From NCBI GenBank assembly GCA_003219345.1, contig QHOP01000368.1, positions 1 to 36,440 of the forward strand: a DNA stretch of 36,440 nt, in the 5' to 3' direction. The notes below the pieces were generated by a model, which was not told where the DNA came from, searched no databases, and saw only the letters and a program-made list of their open reading frames with translations. Source of the stretch: Verrucomicrobiota bacterium. GTDB lineage: Bacteria > Verrucomicrobiota > Verrucomicrobiia > Limisphaerales > AV2. Each line of letters begins with the position of its first letter. Position 1 is the stretch's first letter. A program made the translations under genes and the position numbers. This document shows positions 19,923-29,000 of this stretch, piece by piece.

Positions 19923-19998
19923 GGAGGCTGGCGCCTGGGGTCTGGGAGTTGGGGTCTGGCGTCTGGGCCAAGACCCCAAACGCTAAACCCTAGACCAA
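19923..19998. repeat. Heptamer tandem repeats arranged as an imperfect hairpin
   Basis: GGAGGCT GGCGCCT GGGGTCT GGGAGTT GGGGTCT GGCGTCT gggcca AGACCCC AAACGCT AAACCCT AGACCAA. Confidence 0.7.
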
Positions 19999-20018
19999 AA
20001 TTCTGGTCGGTCGCCGCC

Positions 20019-23000
20019 TCACTGCCCGGTCACTCGCAGCCGCATGAACACGCACGGATCGTCGCTGAGCGGTGGTTTCACACGCGAAGTAACCAATGCC
20101 CTGCCATCGCCGAGTTGTTCCATCGATACCGTCTCAAGGTCTGGGGCGCCCTCCTGCCATGCGGCGAGATCAGTTGAAAAGAGAACTTCGATTTTAGCGC
20201 GTTCGGCGCCGAGGCTAACCGGGTAGGTCAGCAGGAGAGCGTCGGGTCCCCCAAGGACGTCAGGTTGCAGGGCGAAGGCCGGAGAAATGGGCGGCAGCCC
20301 GAGGTCATTGCCCAGTGCATAATCGATGATGTCGCGCTCGCCATTTCCATTCGCGTCGCCCAGTGGATCGGCGGGAAAGGGCACGACATCCGTCCAGCCG
20401 GGGCTGCCACCCGGAAAGGCGCTGGAGCGCCAGTTCGTGGCAACTGCAGGATCGGGATTGGTGTCGGGCGCGATTAAGGTAAGGCTGTAACCGGACCCAG
20501 CGGCGGCCGCCGGCCAGGGCGGCGCGTCGTCATAAGTGAATTCCAGAATGGTTTGGTTGTCGGCGTCCTCGAGTTTGATTCGTTCGCCGCCGTTGCTCAG
20601 TACGGTCCCATTTGTGAAAACACCTGCGACCGGACGGTTGGGTCCGTAAACGGCCTTAAAAGCCGCCAGGTCGCGCACAACCAGCACCCGCCCGCCCGGC
20701 GGCAACGAGGTAATGGCGCTGCCGGTAAAACTGAACTCCACGCCCTGCGTGAAGTGCACATCCGTCAGGTCCAGCGTGACCGAGCCGCTGATGTTCAACA
20801 GCTCGATGAATTCGGCCAGCCCGTCGCCTGCGGGATGATACATCAGCTCGCTGACCAGGAGATAGCGTTGGGCGTCAGAGGGCCGGCCCTGGTAAGTCGT
20901 CGTGTTGTTCGTCGCGCCGGAGGCGTCGATGAGCGTGAGCCCTTCCCCGAGACTGGAAAGATGCCCTTTGTAGCCGCCCTGCACGAAAAGCCCCTCACCG
21001 CCTTTGGGTGAAACCGTCCGGGCCCGGAACGCCGCAGTGCTCGGACAGAGGTAGAGGGCGCCGTTCGGCGGCAGGACTGTGCCGGACGTGAACGTGTGCT
21101 CGACTCCACCGGTCAGCCGCCAGTCCGAAATATCCACCGCAATCGGGTTGTGATTCAGCAGTTGAATGAATTCGGCGTCCTGATTTCCCGACGCGGGACT
21201 GGCCTCGATCGCGCCGAAGTCGATCACCGGCTGAACCTCGTTCGTCGCAGCAAGGGTGCCGCCATAGAGCTCCGGCACGATGATCATGTCGCTGCTGCTG
21301 ACGCTGTCGTTAAGGCCCTGGATCGCGAGGATGTTCCGTCCGGCACGTAGATTGGTTTTTTTGGCAGTCGCATCGTAGATGTCGAAGGCCGTCGCCTTGG
21401 CTTCATGCTGCGCAGTCGCGGCGGAGTTCCATTGGGGCGAGACCGGGGCATTGGCCGAGGCCAGCACTGCTCCATTGAGAAAGGCCACGAAGCCGTCGTC
21501 GAATTTCATTCGCAGTTCGAGCCGGTCAAAGGCGGCCGGATCGGCGACGTCGAACTCGATGCGGATATAGACGCTGTTGTTGCTCCGCATCTGGGTGTCC
21601 ACGTTCAGGCCGATGAGCGTTTCATACCCGATGTCACGTTCGTAGCCGACGCCCGTGGCGCCATTGATCCACCCGGTGGTATTGAAAGGCTCGAACGCTG
21701 GGATGCCGATCCAGGTCACGCTCAGACTGCTGTTCGGGGGCACGAACGCCTTCGCGGGCGCTCCCGCCACCACCAGCGGTGTGTACTGGTAGGTCGAACT
21801 GACCGTTTGTGGTTGTGGGATTTCGCCGCCTTTGCCGTCGATCTGGGTGTTGTAGATGTAGTTGCGCCGCGCGGGCAAATACTCGGTCTTCCAGCGCTGG
21901 ATGGCTTTGGCCATTGTTTCCACGGCCGGATCGGTATTCGTGTAGGACACGGTGGCGCCGCCTTGCAGCCAGGAACCCCATTTCTCAAAATCACGCCGGG
22001 CGTCGGACGGCACGATCCCCGGCGGATCGATGAGCGCGGACTGCTCGTTGAGCCTCCGCTCATAATACAGCTCGCTGTCCGGCGTTCCCGGCGCCGGCGG
22101 TGGCTGAAGGAAACGGTCGGTCAACGTGCGGATGCGCCGCATAATCATGGCTCGAGTGGCCGGAGCCGCGAAGAGTTCGGCGACCAATCGGATGGCATCG
22201 CCGGTGATCACGTATCCATCGGTATAGAGCCCGTTGTCGAAATAAGTGTACTGCGTGTTCCAGGTGCGGCCCTGTGAGAGGTCGAGGTCCCACGGCAAAA
22301 TAGCCCACTCCTCGCTCCGCCCGGTGTCGCGGTAGATATACCAGTTTTTGCGGTGCATATCGATGTTCCGGATAACCGAGTTGGCGGCAAGCATGTTGAT
22401 GCAGCGAGGGATGTCGATGTTGTCGTAGAGATAATTATTCAGGGCTGTGCCCGTTAAAGCGAGGCCATCGATCAGCGCCTGGAGATCGCTGTTGTTCTCG
22501 GTTTTGCGAGTCTTCTTCTCCACGCCGGAGGTGCCGGTGTCTCCAGCGCTTTTGTTCAGTGTGTTTGCGTAAACCTTGTAAAGGGCGCCGTTCCTGTTCA
22601 GGCCCGCGCGGTCCAGGTAATCCTCATTCCCGCGTTCGACGAAATCCGCCGTGCTGAAAAAAATTCCGTTTTGTTGAACGCGCACCGTGTTGGCCAAATG
22701 CGCGGCAACGCCAGATTCGCGCATCACTTCGTAGGCCAGCACATGGCGCACCTTCGATTTGTCCGCCCAATTGGTGAGCAGATCGATACCGGACTCGCGC
22801 GGGGCGTTCGTACTCCAGCGGAATCGTTGAGTGCGATTGAAATCGATGTTGTAGCTCTTCTTTGTGAAGCCGGCGGTGGACTGCCCGTGCAAACTGAACA
22901 ACACGTTGTCGTAAAACTCGCCGTCGTAATAAACCGCGCCGCGTGACCCGGCGTCGGTGCCGGCTCCACCGGGGTTGCTGGTGAACCAGTGAAACACCGG

Positions 23001-23909
23001 CAGAGCGGTTTGCACGCCGGCATCCTGCGCCACCGTGCCGAAATACTGATGGGAGTCGAGCGGATCGCGGTAGGCCGGCTCTTTCGTTTCGGTGCCTGTG
23101 GTGTCTCCGGCGACGAATCGCCAGCGCGTCATTTCCCCCGGCGCAAACGCCGCGCCTGGGATAATTGCTGTCCAGATGCCATCGCCTGCGGTCGCATCGC
23201 CGCCAGTGCCATCGTCTGTCATCGCCACCATGGTCTCGGCGGCAAACATCCGGCGGTAGTAAAGCTTCACCGTCGCCACGGGATCGTTGGCCGGACGAAC
23301 GGACGCGGTGATGGTCAACGGACCGGTCACTGGCTGCGGGGGATTTCTTTCCACCGCGCCAAAGATCGGACCAGCGCGGGTGCCGCTGGCATTGGGAGCG
23401 CCGGGAGTGGGGGTGGAGAAGAAACTCCATACCGGGGACGATTCTGGCTCGCCGAGACCAAACGATACGTTCTCGAACTGCGGCGGGTAGGAGGGCGCGA
23501 AGGCGCTGACCACCGTCACGCCGTCCGGCGCAACCAACGCCAGGTACTCGCCCTCCGCCGAGAGTTGGAAATCCGTGTGCAGCCGGCCCGCTGGATCAGC
23601 TCGATTTTTGCCCGAGGCGAATACGACGAGATAGGCGGCGGGGTTCAGCGTCACGGCGGGAAATGTCCACTTGTCAAGGTTCGCCGCGTCGTCCGTGAGA
23701 TGGTAACCCGTCAGCGAGATCGGGGTGCTGTCCGGATTGTGAATTTCAATCCAATCTGAAAACTCACCGTCCTCGTCGGCCAGCCCGGAACCATTCGAAG
23801 CCATGAATTCGGTGATGAGCGGGGCGCCGAAGCCGGTTATGGGAGGTGCCAGCGCCAGCCAAAGGAGCAGCCGGAGACAGGAGGAGGACAGTTTGATTTC
23901 AGGCACCAA
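20019..23909 (-). CDS. Secreted CotH-family kinase with lamin-tail domains
   Basis: Signal-like N-terminus. LTD motifs ITEFMASN...DEDGEFSDWIEIHN, EFIQLLN...VDISDWRL and SELMYHP...EFIELLN. CotH core HGQST...KKSYNIDF, DMHRKNWYIY, PWDLDLSQG. Tail FSTDLAAW...FMRLRV. Confidence 0.88.
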   Translation of the reverse strand: MVPEIKLSSSCLRLLLWLALAPPITGFGAPLITEFMASNGSGLADEDGEFSDWIEIHNPDSTPISLTGYHLTDDAANLDKWTFPAVTLNPAAYLVVFASGKNRADPAGRLHTDFQLSAEGEYLALVAPDGVTVVSAFAPSYPPQFENVSFGLGEPESSPVWSFFSTPTPGAPNASGTRAGPIFGAVERNPPQPVTGPLTITASVRPANDPVATVKLYYRRMFAAETMVAMTDDGTGGDATAGDGIWTAIIPGAAFAPGEMTRWRFVAGDTTGTETKEPAYRDPLDSHQYFGTVAQDAGVQTALPVFHWFTSNPGGAGTDAGSRGAVYYDGEFYDNVLFSLHGQSTAGFTKKSYNIDFNRTQRFRWSTNAPRESGIDLLTNWADKSKVRHVLAYEVMRESGVAAHLANTVRVQQNGIFFSTADFVERGNEDYLDRAGLNRNGALYKVYANTLNKSAGDTGTSGVEKKTRKTENNSDLQALIDGLALTGTALNNYLYDNIDIPRCINMLAANSVIRNIDMHRKNWYIYRDTGRSEEWAILPWDLDLSQGRTWNTQYTYFDNGLYTDGYVITGDAIRLVAELFAAPATRAMIMRRIRTLTDRFLQPPPAPGTPDSELYYERRLNEQSALIDPPGIVPSDARRDFEKWGSWLQGGATVSYTNTDPAVETMAKAIQRWKTEYLPARRNYIYNTQIDGKGGEIPQPQTVSSTYQYTPLVVAGAPAKAFVPPNSSLSVTWIGIPAFEPFNTTGWINGATGVGYERDIGYETLIGLNVDTQMRSNNSVYIRIEFDVADPAAFDRLELRMKFDDGFVAFLNGAVLASANAPVSPQWNSAATAQHEAKATAFDIYDATAKKTNLRAGRNILAIQGLNDSVSSSDMIIVPELYGGTLAATNEVQPVIDFGAIEASPASGNQDAEFIQLLNHNPIAVDISDWRLTGGVEHTFTSGTVLPPNGALYLCPSTAAFRARTVSPKGGEGLFVQGGYKGHLSSLGEGLTLIDASGATNNTTTYQGRPSDAQRYLLVSELMYHPAGDGLAEFIELLNISGSVTLDLTDVHFTQGVEFSFTGSAITSLPPGGRVLVVRDLAAFKAVYGPNRPVAGVFTNGTVLSNGGERIKLEDADNQTILEFTYDDAPPWPAAAAGSGYSLTLIAPDTNPDPAVATNWRSSAFPGGSPGWTDVVPFPADPLGDANGNGERDIIDYALGNDLGLPPISPAFALQPDVLGGPDALLLTYPVSLGAERAKIEVLFSTDLAAWQEGAPDLETVSMEQLGDGRALVTSRVKPPLSDDPCVFMRLRVTGQ

Positions 23910-24097
23910 ATTGATTACAGCTTAACCCGGTCAAAAGCAAGTTTTCTGCCATGTCGCGGTTGATTTTACCTGCCGGGGGGACTTTTCCGTTGAAATACTG
24001 CTGATATTTAAGAGCGTTACACTACTGCGAGAATTAGCGAAAAAGCTACGATTGGCGACAGCTTTGGGCCTGGAAGAAGCAGGACGTCCCACCGCTT

Positions 24098-25072
24098 TTA
24101 CCGGCGCAGTGGACGGAAGTGAAATTCGGCTGGTCGCGACGCACCTTCGTCAATGAGCAGTTCGCAATAGCCTCCGTCCTTCAACAACTCGATGCCCGCG
24201 ATTGAGGGGCAGAGCCGGGTCTTGAACTCACGCCAGCATCGGGCCTCATTGAGCGCGTGGCTCATGCGCCTGATGGAGTTGCCCAGGAAACGAATCGTGG
24301 GCATGCCCGCCAGCAACTGGCTCTGACGATAGAACAAATTGGAGTGCAGATGTCCGATGATGGTCTGCTCGACTTGCGGCAGTCTTCCACGCACGGTTTC
24401 ATCCCGCCAAAGGAACGGCAACGCAGTTGGATCGTGGCAAAACAGCAGCGCACGTTGCTCCGGTTTCAGAGCGGCGAAGGCCCGACGAACCTCCGACAAA
24501 TGCGCCTCGCGCAAAGCCGCCCAGTCCTGGCGCTCTTCCGGGAGCGCTTCCGGTTCATAGACCGGAAAGGCCAGGAGCGAAGAGGTGAGACCTATCAAGA
24601 CGTAGTTGCCGATTTCGGTCCGCCAAAATGGCTGCAGGGCCAGCTCCGTCGTCGCGCGGCGCCAGCTCGCGAGGCGAAAGCCGCCTTTGCCGCCGAACAA
24701 GCTCATTTTGCCCAGTTCATGGTCGCCGATGGCGCTTTGCAGTTTCGCGCCGAATCGGTCGCGGAGCTTGGCCAGACACTCGCGGGCGCTCTCGAAGGCC
24801 GCATCGTCGCACACGCCAACGAATTCCGTGTCGCATGAGTAATCACCGTTTGTGACGACGACGTCGGGGGAATCGGCCCGGGCCAGAAACTCGTCGAGCA
24901 GATGGTTGTGGGCAAAGGGATCGCGCAGCCAGATGTAGTGGCGATAGGCCTTAACCGCGCGGCGGAGGAGGGGATTGGCAATGATGCGCGCCTCATGACC
25001 GCGACGACGCTTTTCCGCGTCGCTGGCGTAATGAATGTCGCTGAGAATCAGGATCGTCTTTTGACGCGACAT
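24098..25072 (-). CDS. Calcineurin-like metallophosphoesterase
   Basis: Motifs SDIH, NGD, GDHE (variant of GNHE), HDP and GHLH in the canonical order. Confidence 0.85.
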   Translation of the reverse strand: MSRQKTILILSDIHYASDAEKRRRGHEARIIANPLLRRAVKAYRHYIWLRDPFAHNHLLDEFLARADSPDVVVTNGDYSCDTEFVGVCDDAAFESARECLAKLRDRFGAKLQSAIGDHELGKMSLFGGKGGFRLASWRRATTELALQPFWRTEIGNYVLIGLTSSLLAFPVYEPEALPEERQDWAALREAHLSEVRRAFAALKPEQRALLFCHDPTALPFLWRDETVRGRLPQVEQTIIGHLHSNLFYRQSQLLAGMPTIRFLGNSIRRMSHALNEARCWREFKTRLCPSIAGIELLKDGGYCELLIDEGASRPAEFHFRPLRR

Positions 25073-25093
25073 GACGCGCGGATGCTATTAATA

Positions 25094-25257
25094 GTGTGGT
25101 GTCCCTTAACGCTTCTTTACAATGACACCGACCAAGCAGGAAACAGGAGCGCCCCTCACCCTGCCCTCTCCCCATCGGATGGGGAGAGGGTGGCCGAAGG
25201 CCGGGTGAGGTGAAAGGGGAACGTTCACATTGTATGGGTATTTCTGTGACATGACAC
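25094..25257. mobile_element. Non-autonomous IS630-type MITE (164 bp) with TA flanks, carrying a family-A REP hairpin
   Basis: Left TA|GTGTGGTGTCCCTTAA matches the IS630 right end at 17/18 positions including the TA. The right end read inward, TA|GTGTCATGTCACAGAAATA, matches at 16/21. No ORF. Confidence 0.7.
25152..25210. repeat. REP-like palindromic element, family A, copy 3
   Basis: CCCCTCACCCTG-CCCTCTCCCCATC-G-GATGGGGAGAGGG-TGGCCGAAGGCC-GGGTGAGG. Confidence 0.9.
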
Positions 25258-25340
25258 TAGGGCAACGATTACGGCGAAGTAAAACGGGAAACCGGCTGCG
25301 CCGCCAAACGCAGCTTGAGGAACGTCCGTTGAATGCAATG

Positions 25341-26447
25341 CTACGGCATCCGGGACAGCGGCAAGGTGATTTTGAACGTGGTGCCTTTGTTGACTTCGCT
25401 CTCGACGCTGATCCGGCCGTGGTGCTCCTGAATGATGCGCGACGTAATCGCCAAACCCAGGCCGGTGCCTTCGGGCTTCGTGGTCACGAACGGGACGAAG
25501 AGGCGCTTGTTCACCTCCGGTGGAATCCCTGAGCCCGTGTCCTTGATGCTGACCTGAATTTGCTCAGCCTTGCCCTTCGGTTCCAAGGGCGAAAGATGGG
25601 CGGTGGCGACAACAATTTCGGTGGCCACGGTCAGCGAGCCCATTTCTTCCATCGCTTCAATGGCATTCAACAGGAGATTGATCAGGGCCTGTTCCAGTTG
25701 CTTGGCGTCGCCTTGCACAAGGTCGATGCCGGCATCGAGAGCGCGGACCAGTTGGATTTTTCTGGTCGTGATGTGGTGCTGCACCAGCCGAAGGGAGTTC
25801 TCGATCACTTCATGGATACTGACGCTGGAGAAGGTGGGCTTGGCCGGTCCGGCGAACTTCAGGAGTTGAGTGACGAGCGAATCGATCCGTTTGGTTTCGC
25901 GGCTGATGAGGCTGGTCATTTCGACGTCCTCGTTCCGTTCCGCCAGGAGGTCCGAGAACGATTTGATGGCCACGAGGGCGTTTTTGATTTCATGCGCCAC
26001 GCCCGCCGACAGCGTGCCGATGCTGGCCAGCCGTTCGAGCCGGCGGATGCGACGTTCCAGCTTCCTGGCCGAATTGAGATCGTGAAAAACCGCGACCACA
26101 ACGAGCGGCTGTCCCGAACCGTCCGCGCACAAAGAAGTGGAGGCGTGAACCGGCGCTTTTTCCTCCGCGTCAGGAAAGAGAACAAAGGTCCGGTCGGTGA
26201 CCGGTTTGCCCGAAGCAAAAGTCTCTTCGATCACCTTTTGCAACGACGCGGGCAGCCCGGTCATTCGGCGGCCGAGAATCGCCTGAGCCACCAGCCCAGT
26301 GATCCGCTCAGCCGCCCGATTGAAAGCCGTCACGGTCCTTTGCGCGTCAACCGACACGACTCCGGGTTCCATGGAACGGAAGAGAAGGCCGGAGAGGTTC
26401 AAACCCTCGTTTCTTCGCTTTATGAAAACGGTTTCTTGAATCGACAT
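25341..26447 (-). CDS. Cytoplasmic PAS-domain histidine kinase (NtrB-like), no adjacent cognate regulator on its strand
   Basis: PAS (GVVSVD...FNRAAERITG), H-box AHEIKNAL, N-box NLLLNAIEAM, DTGSGI, FVPFVTTKPEGTGLGL. No TM segment. Confidence 0.9.
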   Translation of the reverse strand: MSIQETVFIKRRNEGLNLSGLLFRSMEPGVVSVDAQRTVTAFNRAAERITGLVAQAILGRRMTGLPASLQKVIEETFASGKPVTDRTFVLFPDAEEKAPVHASTSLCADGSGQPLVVVAVFHDLNSARKLERRIRRLERLASIGTLSAGVAHEIKNALVAIKSFSDLLAERNEDVEMTSLISRETKRIDSLVTQLLKFAGPAKPTFSSVSIHEVIENSLRLVQHHITTRKIQLVRALDAGIDLVQGDAKQLEQALINLLLNAIEAMEEMGSLTVATEIVVATAHLSPLEPKGKAEQIQVSIKDTGSGIPPEVNKRLFVPFVTTKPEGTGLGLAITSRIIQEHHGRISVESEVNKGTTFKITLPLSRMP

Positions 26448-26696
26448 ACTGAAGATGCTTCGCGAACTGGGCGGGCGTTTACCTGACAGAAATGACCATT
26501 GCGGATTTCAGTACGAGCCGCAGTCCAATGCCGTTGCGCCCACAGAATGATGAAGGCGCCTGGATGGTTCACTTCTGATCGCCGGCTTCGCGTTAGCATC
26601 GACTTCATCAAGTCTAACGACGGAACGGGCGGCTGACAACGAAAAAGCCCTGGCGGGCGGTTCTCGGGCGCAAATTAGTTTTGAGAGCGGCGATAA

Positions 26697-26784
26697 GCAG
26701 CTTGCGGAGCAGCGGTCGAAAGCAAGCCCGCGGCTTCAGTCGTGGGTCGCGGTATTAACAATCGGAGCCGTGAAGCGGCGAAAG
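26697..26784. repeat. REP-like element, family C, left copy
   Basis: Hairpin GCCCGCGGCTTCAGTCGTGGG, then a 40-bp block (26745-26784) that is repeated at 29001-29040. Confidence 0.65.
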
Positions 26785-26989
26785 CAAATCCTCCCGACTT
26801 GCCCTCTGTTCACGCATCGGACCAGGCGGCAGATTGGATGAAACCGCGGAAAACTTTAATGATTGTTGAGTGTTTGGTTTCTCCTTACACTTCGCCTGAA
26901 ATGAACCGTGAAAGCCGGAGAAACTGAAATGAGATCTGAAAGCTATCGTCGATGGGAACGCTGTTGAGTTCACTGCACTTGCTAAACTG

Positions 26990-27835
26990 ATGCGAAACCT
27001 ATCGGGTAAAACGGCTATTCTGACGGGCGCTTCCGGAGGACTGGGTCGTTACATCGCTTTGGCCCTGGCTGAACAAGGAGTGAATTTATTCCTGGCTGCT
27101 TATCCTGGAGAAGGGCTGGACAGCCTCAAAGAAGCGGTTTGCCAGCACGGAGTTCGCGCGATTCCTCTAGTGGCGAATTTTCGCCACGCTTCTCAACTGC
27201 GGTCCGTGGTTGAAGAAGCTAAAAATGGATTCGGCCGAATTGACTTGTTGATCAATAACGCAGGAGTGGAATACACATCCGCCTATCACGAATTGCCCGA
27301 GGAGAATATCGGGGACATCATCGGCATCAACCTGGAAGCGCCGTTGTTGCTCACACGGCTGGTGCTGCCTGAAATGCTGGAGCGACACTGCGGGCACATC
27401 GTGAACATGGCGTCCCTGGCAGGCAAGTCCGGCCCGGCCTTTCAAGAACCGTATGCAGCCACCAAGGCGGCCCTTATTGCGTTCACCGCTTCTCTGCGCG
27501 CCACGTATCGTGGAACCGGAGTCAGCGCCTCGGTCATTTGCCCCGGCTTCGTTGAAGCGGGAATCTACGCGAAGTTAAAGAAGGAAACAGGGTTCCCGGC
27601 GCCGGCGCTCCTGGGCACTTCGCCTCCTGAACCCGTTGCCAAAGGAGTGGTTCGCGCGATCCAACGGGATTTGCCGGAGGTCATTGTTAATCCCTTTCCA
27701 GTGAAGCCGCTTTTTGCGGCCGCCATTTTATTCCCACGGCTCGGAGAATTTCTGATCAACCGAACCGGAGCGCATAAATTCTTTGCCAAGGCGGCAGAGG
27801 TACTGAAACAAAAGCGGATCGAGGCTCAAAAATGA
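26990..27835 (+). CDS. Classical short-chain dehydrogenase/reductase (SDR)
   Basis: TGASGGLG, NNAG, catalytic S (MASLAG) and YAATK, ICPGFV. Overlaps the convergent FadL-family gene by 10 bp. Confidence 0.93.
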   Translation: MRNLSGKTAILTGASGGLGRYIALALAEQGVNLFLAAYPGEGLDSLKEAVCQHGVRAIPLVANFRHASQLRSVVEEAKNGFGRIDLLINNAGVEYTSAYHELPEENIGDIIGINLEAPLLLTRLVLPEMLERHCGHIVNMASLAGKSGPAFQEPYAATKAALIAFTASLRATYRGTGVSASVICPGFVEAGIYAKLKKETGFPAPALLGTSPPEPVAKGVVRAIQRDLPEVIVNPFPVKPLFAAAILFPRLGEFLINRTGAHKFFAKAAEVLKQKRIEAQK

Positions 27836-28944
27836 TAGCCGATGGAAAAATTAACGGCCTGATTGAAAAACTGGTAGCTCCCGTCGGCCGAATTGCCGTT
27901 GTTGATTTGTCGCGCCGGTCCAGCAATGACTTGTCCGGAAAGCGCCCAATTCCAGCTTTCTCCTTTGTGTCCGAACCCTAAACTGGCCACATGCAGATCT
28001 GTGTCCGGCACGATCGGATTGAAATCTCGGTCACTCGTGGAGTTCTGGCTAAAAAAGTACCCTGCGCTTACCCAATATCCGTTTGACAGGTAGCGGGTAA
28101 CGCCGAAGTGCGCGAGGTAACTGGATTTCCAGTTGAGAGGAAACGGCACGTCGCCAAACGCTGTTCCTTTGAACGTGACCGTATCGAGTGTGTCCCAATC
28201 CGTCCAATCCACTCCGACTTCGACGTTCCAGTTTGTTGTCGGTCGAAAGGAGATGCCGCCCATGATAAATTGTGGGAAATCCAGTTCAGCTGACGTCCCG
28301 CTTTTTTGTGAGACAATCGGTTTGGCGGTAGAATTGCCCCGGTAGTTGACTGTGGTAGGGCTGAAGTAGCTGACGCCGAGGGACCACTTGGAGTGTGGTT
28401 GCCACAGCAAGCCAACCTTGGCGCCGTACGCGAAACCATTGCCGCGAAATCTGAATTCGTCACCCGGAACGATGCCGATGCCGCGCCGCAACATGGCCGT
28501 AGAAAAATTCACCGTTGGTCCCGCAGCGATCGAAAGCGTCGAGTTAACCCGCCACGCCGCAATCGGCGCATAGATTCCAAGTCCGAACGCGAGGGGGTAA
28601 TTCATTGGTGAATAGACATAATAAAACTGAGGCACCGGTTGTATTTCGAAGTCAGTGTCGGCTTCGGTGCCGCCGGTGGCCGCCTTGAAATGGGAATTTA
28701 CAGAGATGACGTGCGCTCCGAGTTGGGCATTTTGGCCTTCGAGCAGCGTAATGCCAGCCGGGTTGTAATACAGTGCAGAAGGATTGTTTGCCGTGGCGAC
28801 AAATGCGTTGCCCCGGGCCGTTGCCTCCGCGTCTTGGTTGGGAATGCGGAAACCCAGCGCGCAAAGCGGACTTGATCGAATGGAGAGTTCAATTAATGCC
28901 AGGAAGATGAAGAGCCGGCAACCGAGACCGGTGATCAGGTTCAT
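27826..28944 (-). CDS. fadL: FadL/OmpP1/TodX-family outer-membrane channel for hydrophobic compounds, apparently with an internal in-frame deletion
   Basis: ARGNAFVATANNPSALYYNPAG hatch motif, alternating beta-strands, WTDWD, VPDTD, C-terminal YHF. Signal peptide present. Confidence 0.85.
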   Translation of the reverse strand: MNLITGLGCRLFIFLALIELSIRSSPLCALGFRIPNQDAEATARGNAFVATANNPSALYYNPAGITLLEGQNAQLGAHVISVNSHFKAATGGTEADTDFEIQPVPQFYYVYSPMNYPLAFGLGIYAPIAAWRVNSTLSIAAGPTVNFSTAMLRRGIGIVPGDEFRFRGNGFAYGAKVGLLWQPHSKWSLGVSYFSPTTVNYRGNSTAKPIVSQKSGTSAELDFPQFIMGGISFRPTTNWNVEVGVDWTDWDTLDTVTFKGTAFGDVPFPLNWKSSYLAHFGVTRYLSNGYWVSAGYFFSQNSTSDRDFNPIVPDTDLHVASLGFGHKGESWNWALSGQVIAGPARQINNGNSADGSYQFFNQAVNFSIGYHF

Positions 28945-29000
28945 GGTTTCAACTTCTGGCGGAAATAATCGCTGGATGCAAAGAAAAAATGAGAGCCCAA

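Noticed and set aside
24005-24024. TATTTAAG-N5-TACACTA resembling the IS630 right end
   Set aside because: The spacer length and middle bases differ and no partner end faces it. It may be chance AT-rich promoter sequence.
24098-25072. Metallophosphoesterase as a signal-degrading esterase for the phc-like system
   Set aside because: The family acts on phosphoesters; only proximity supports a link.
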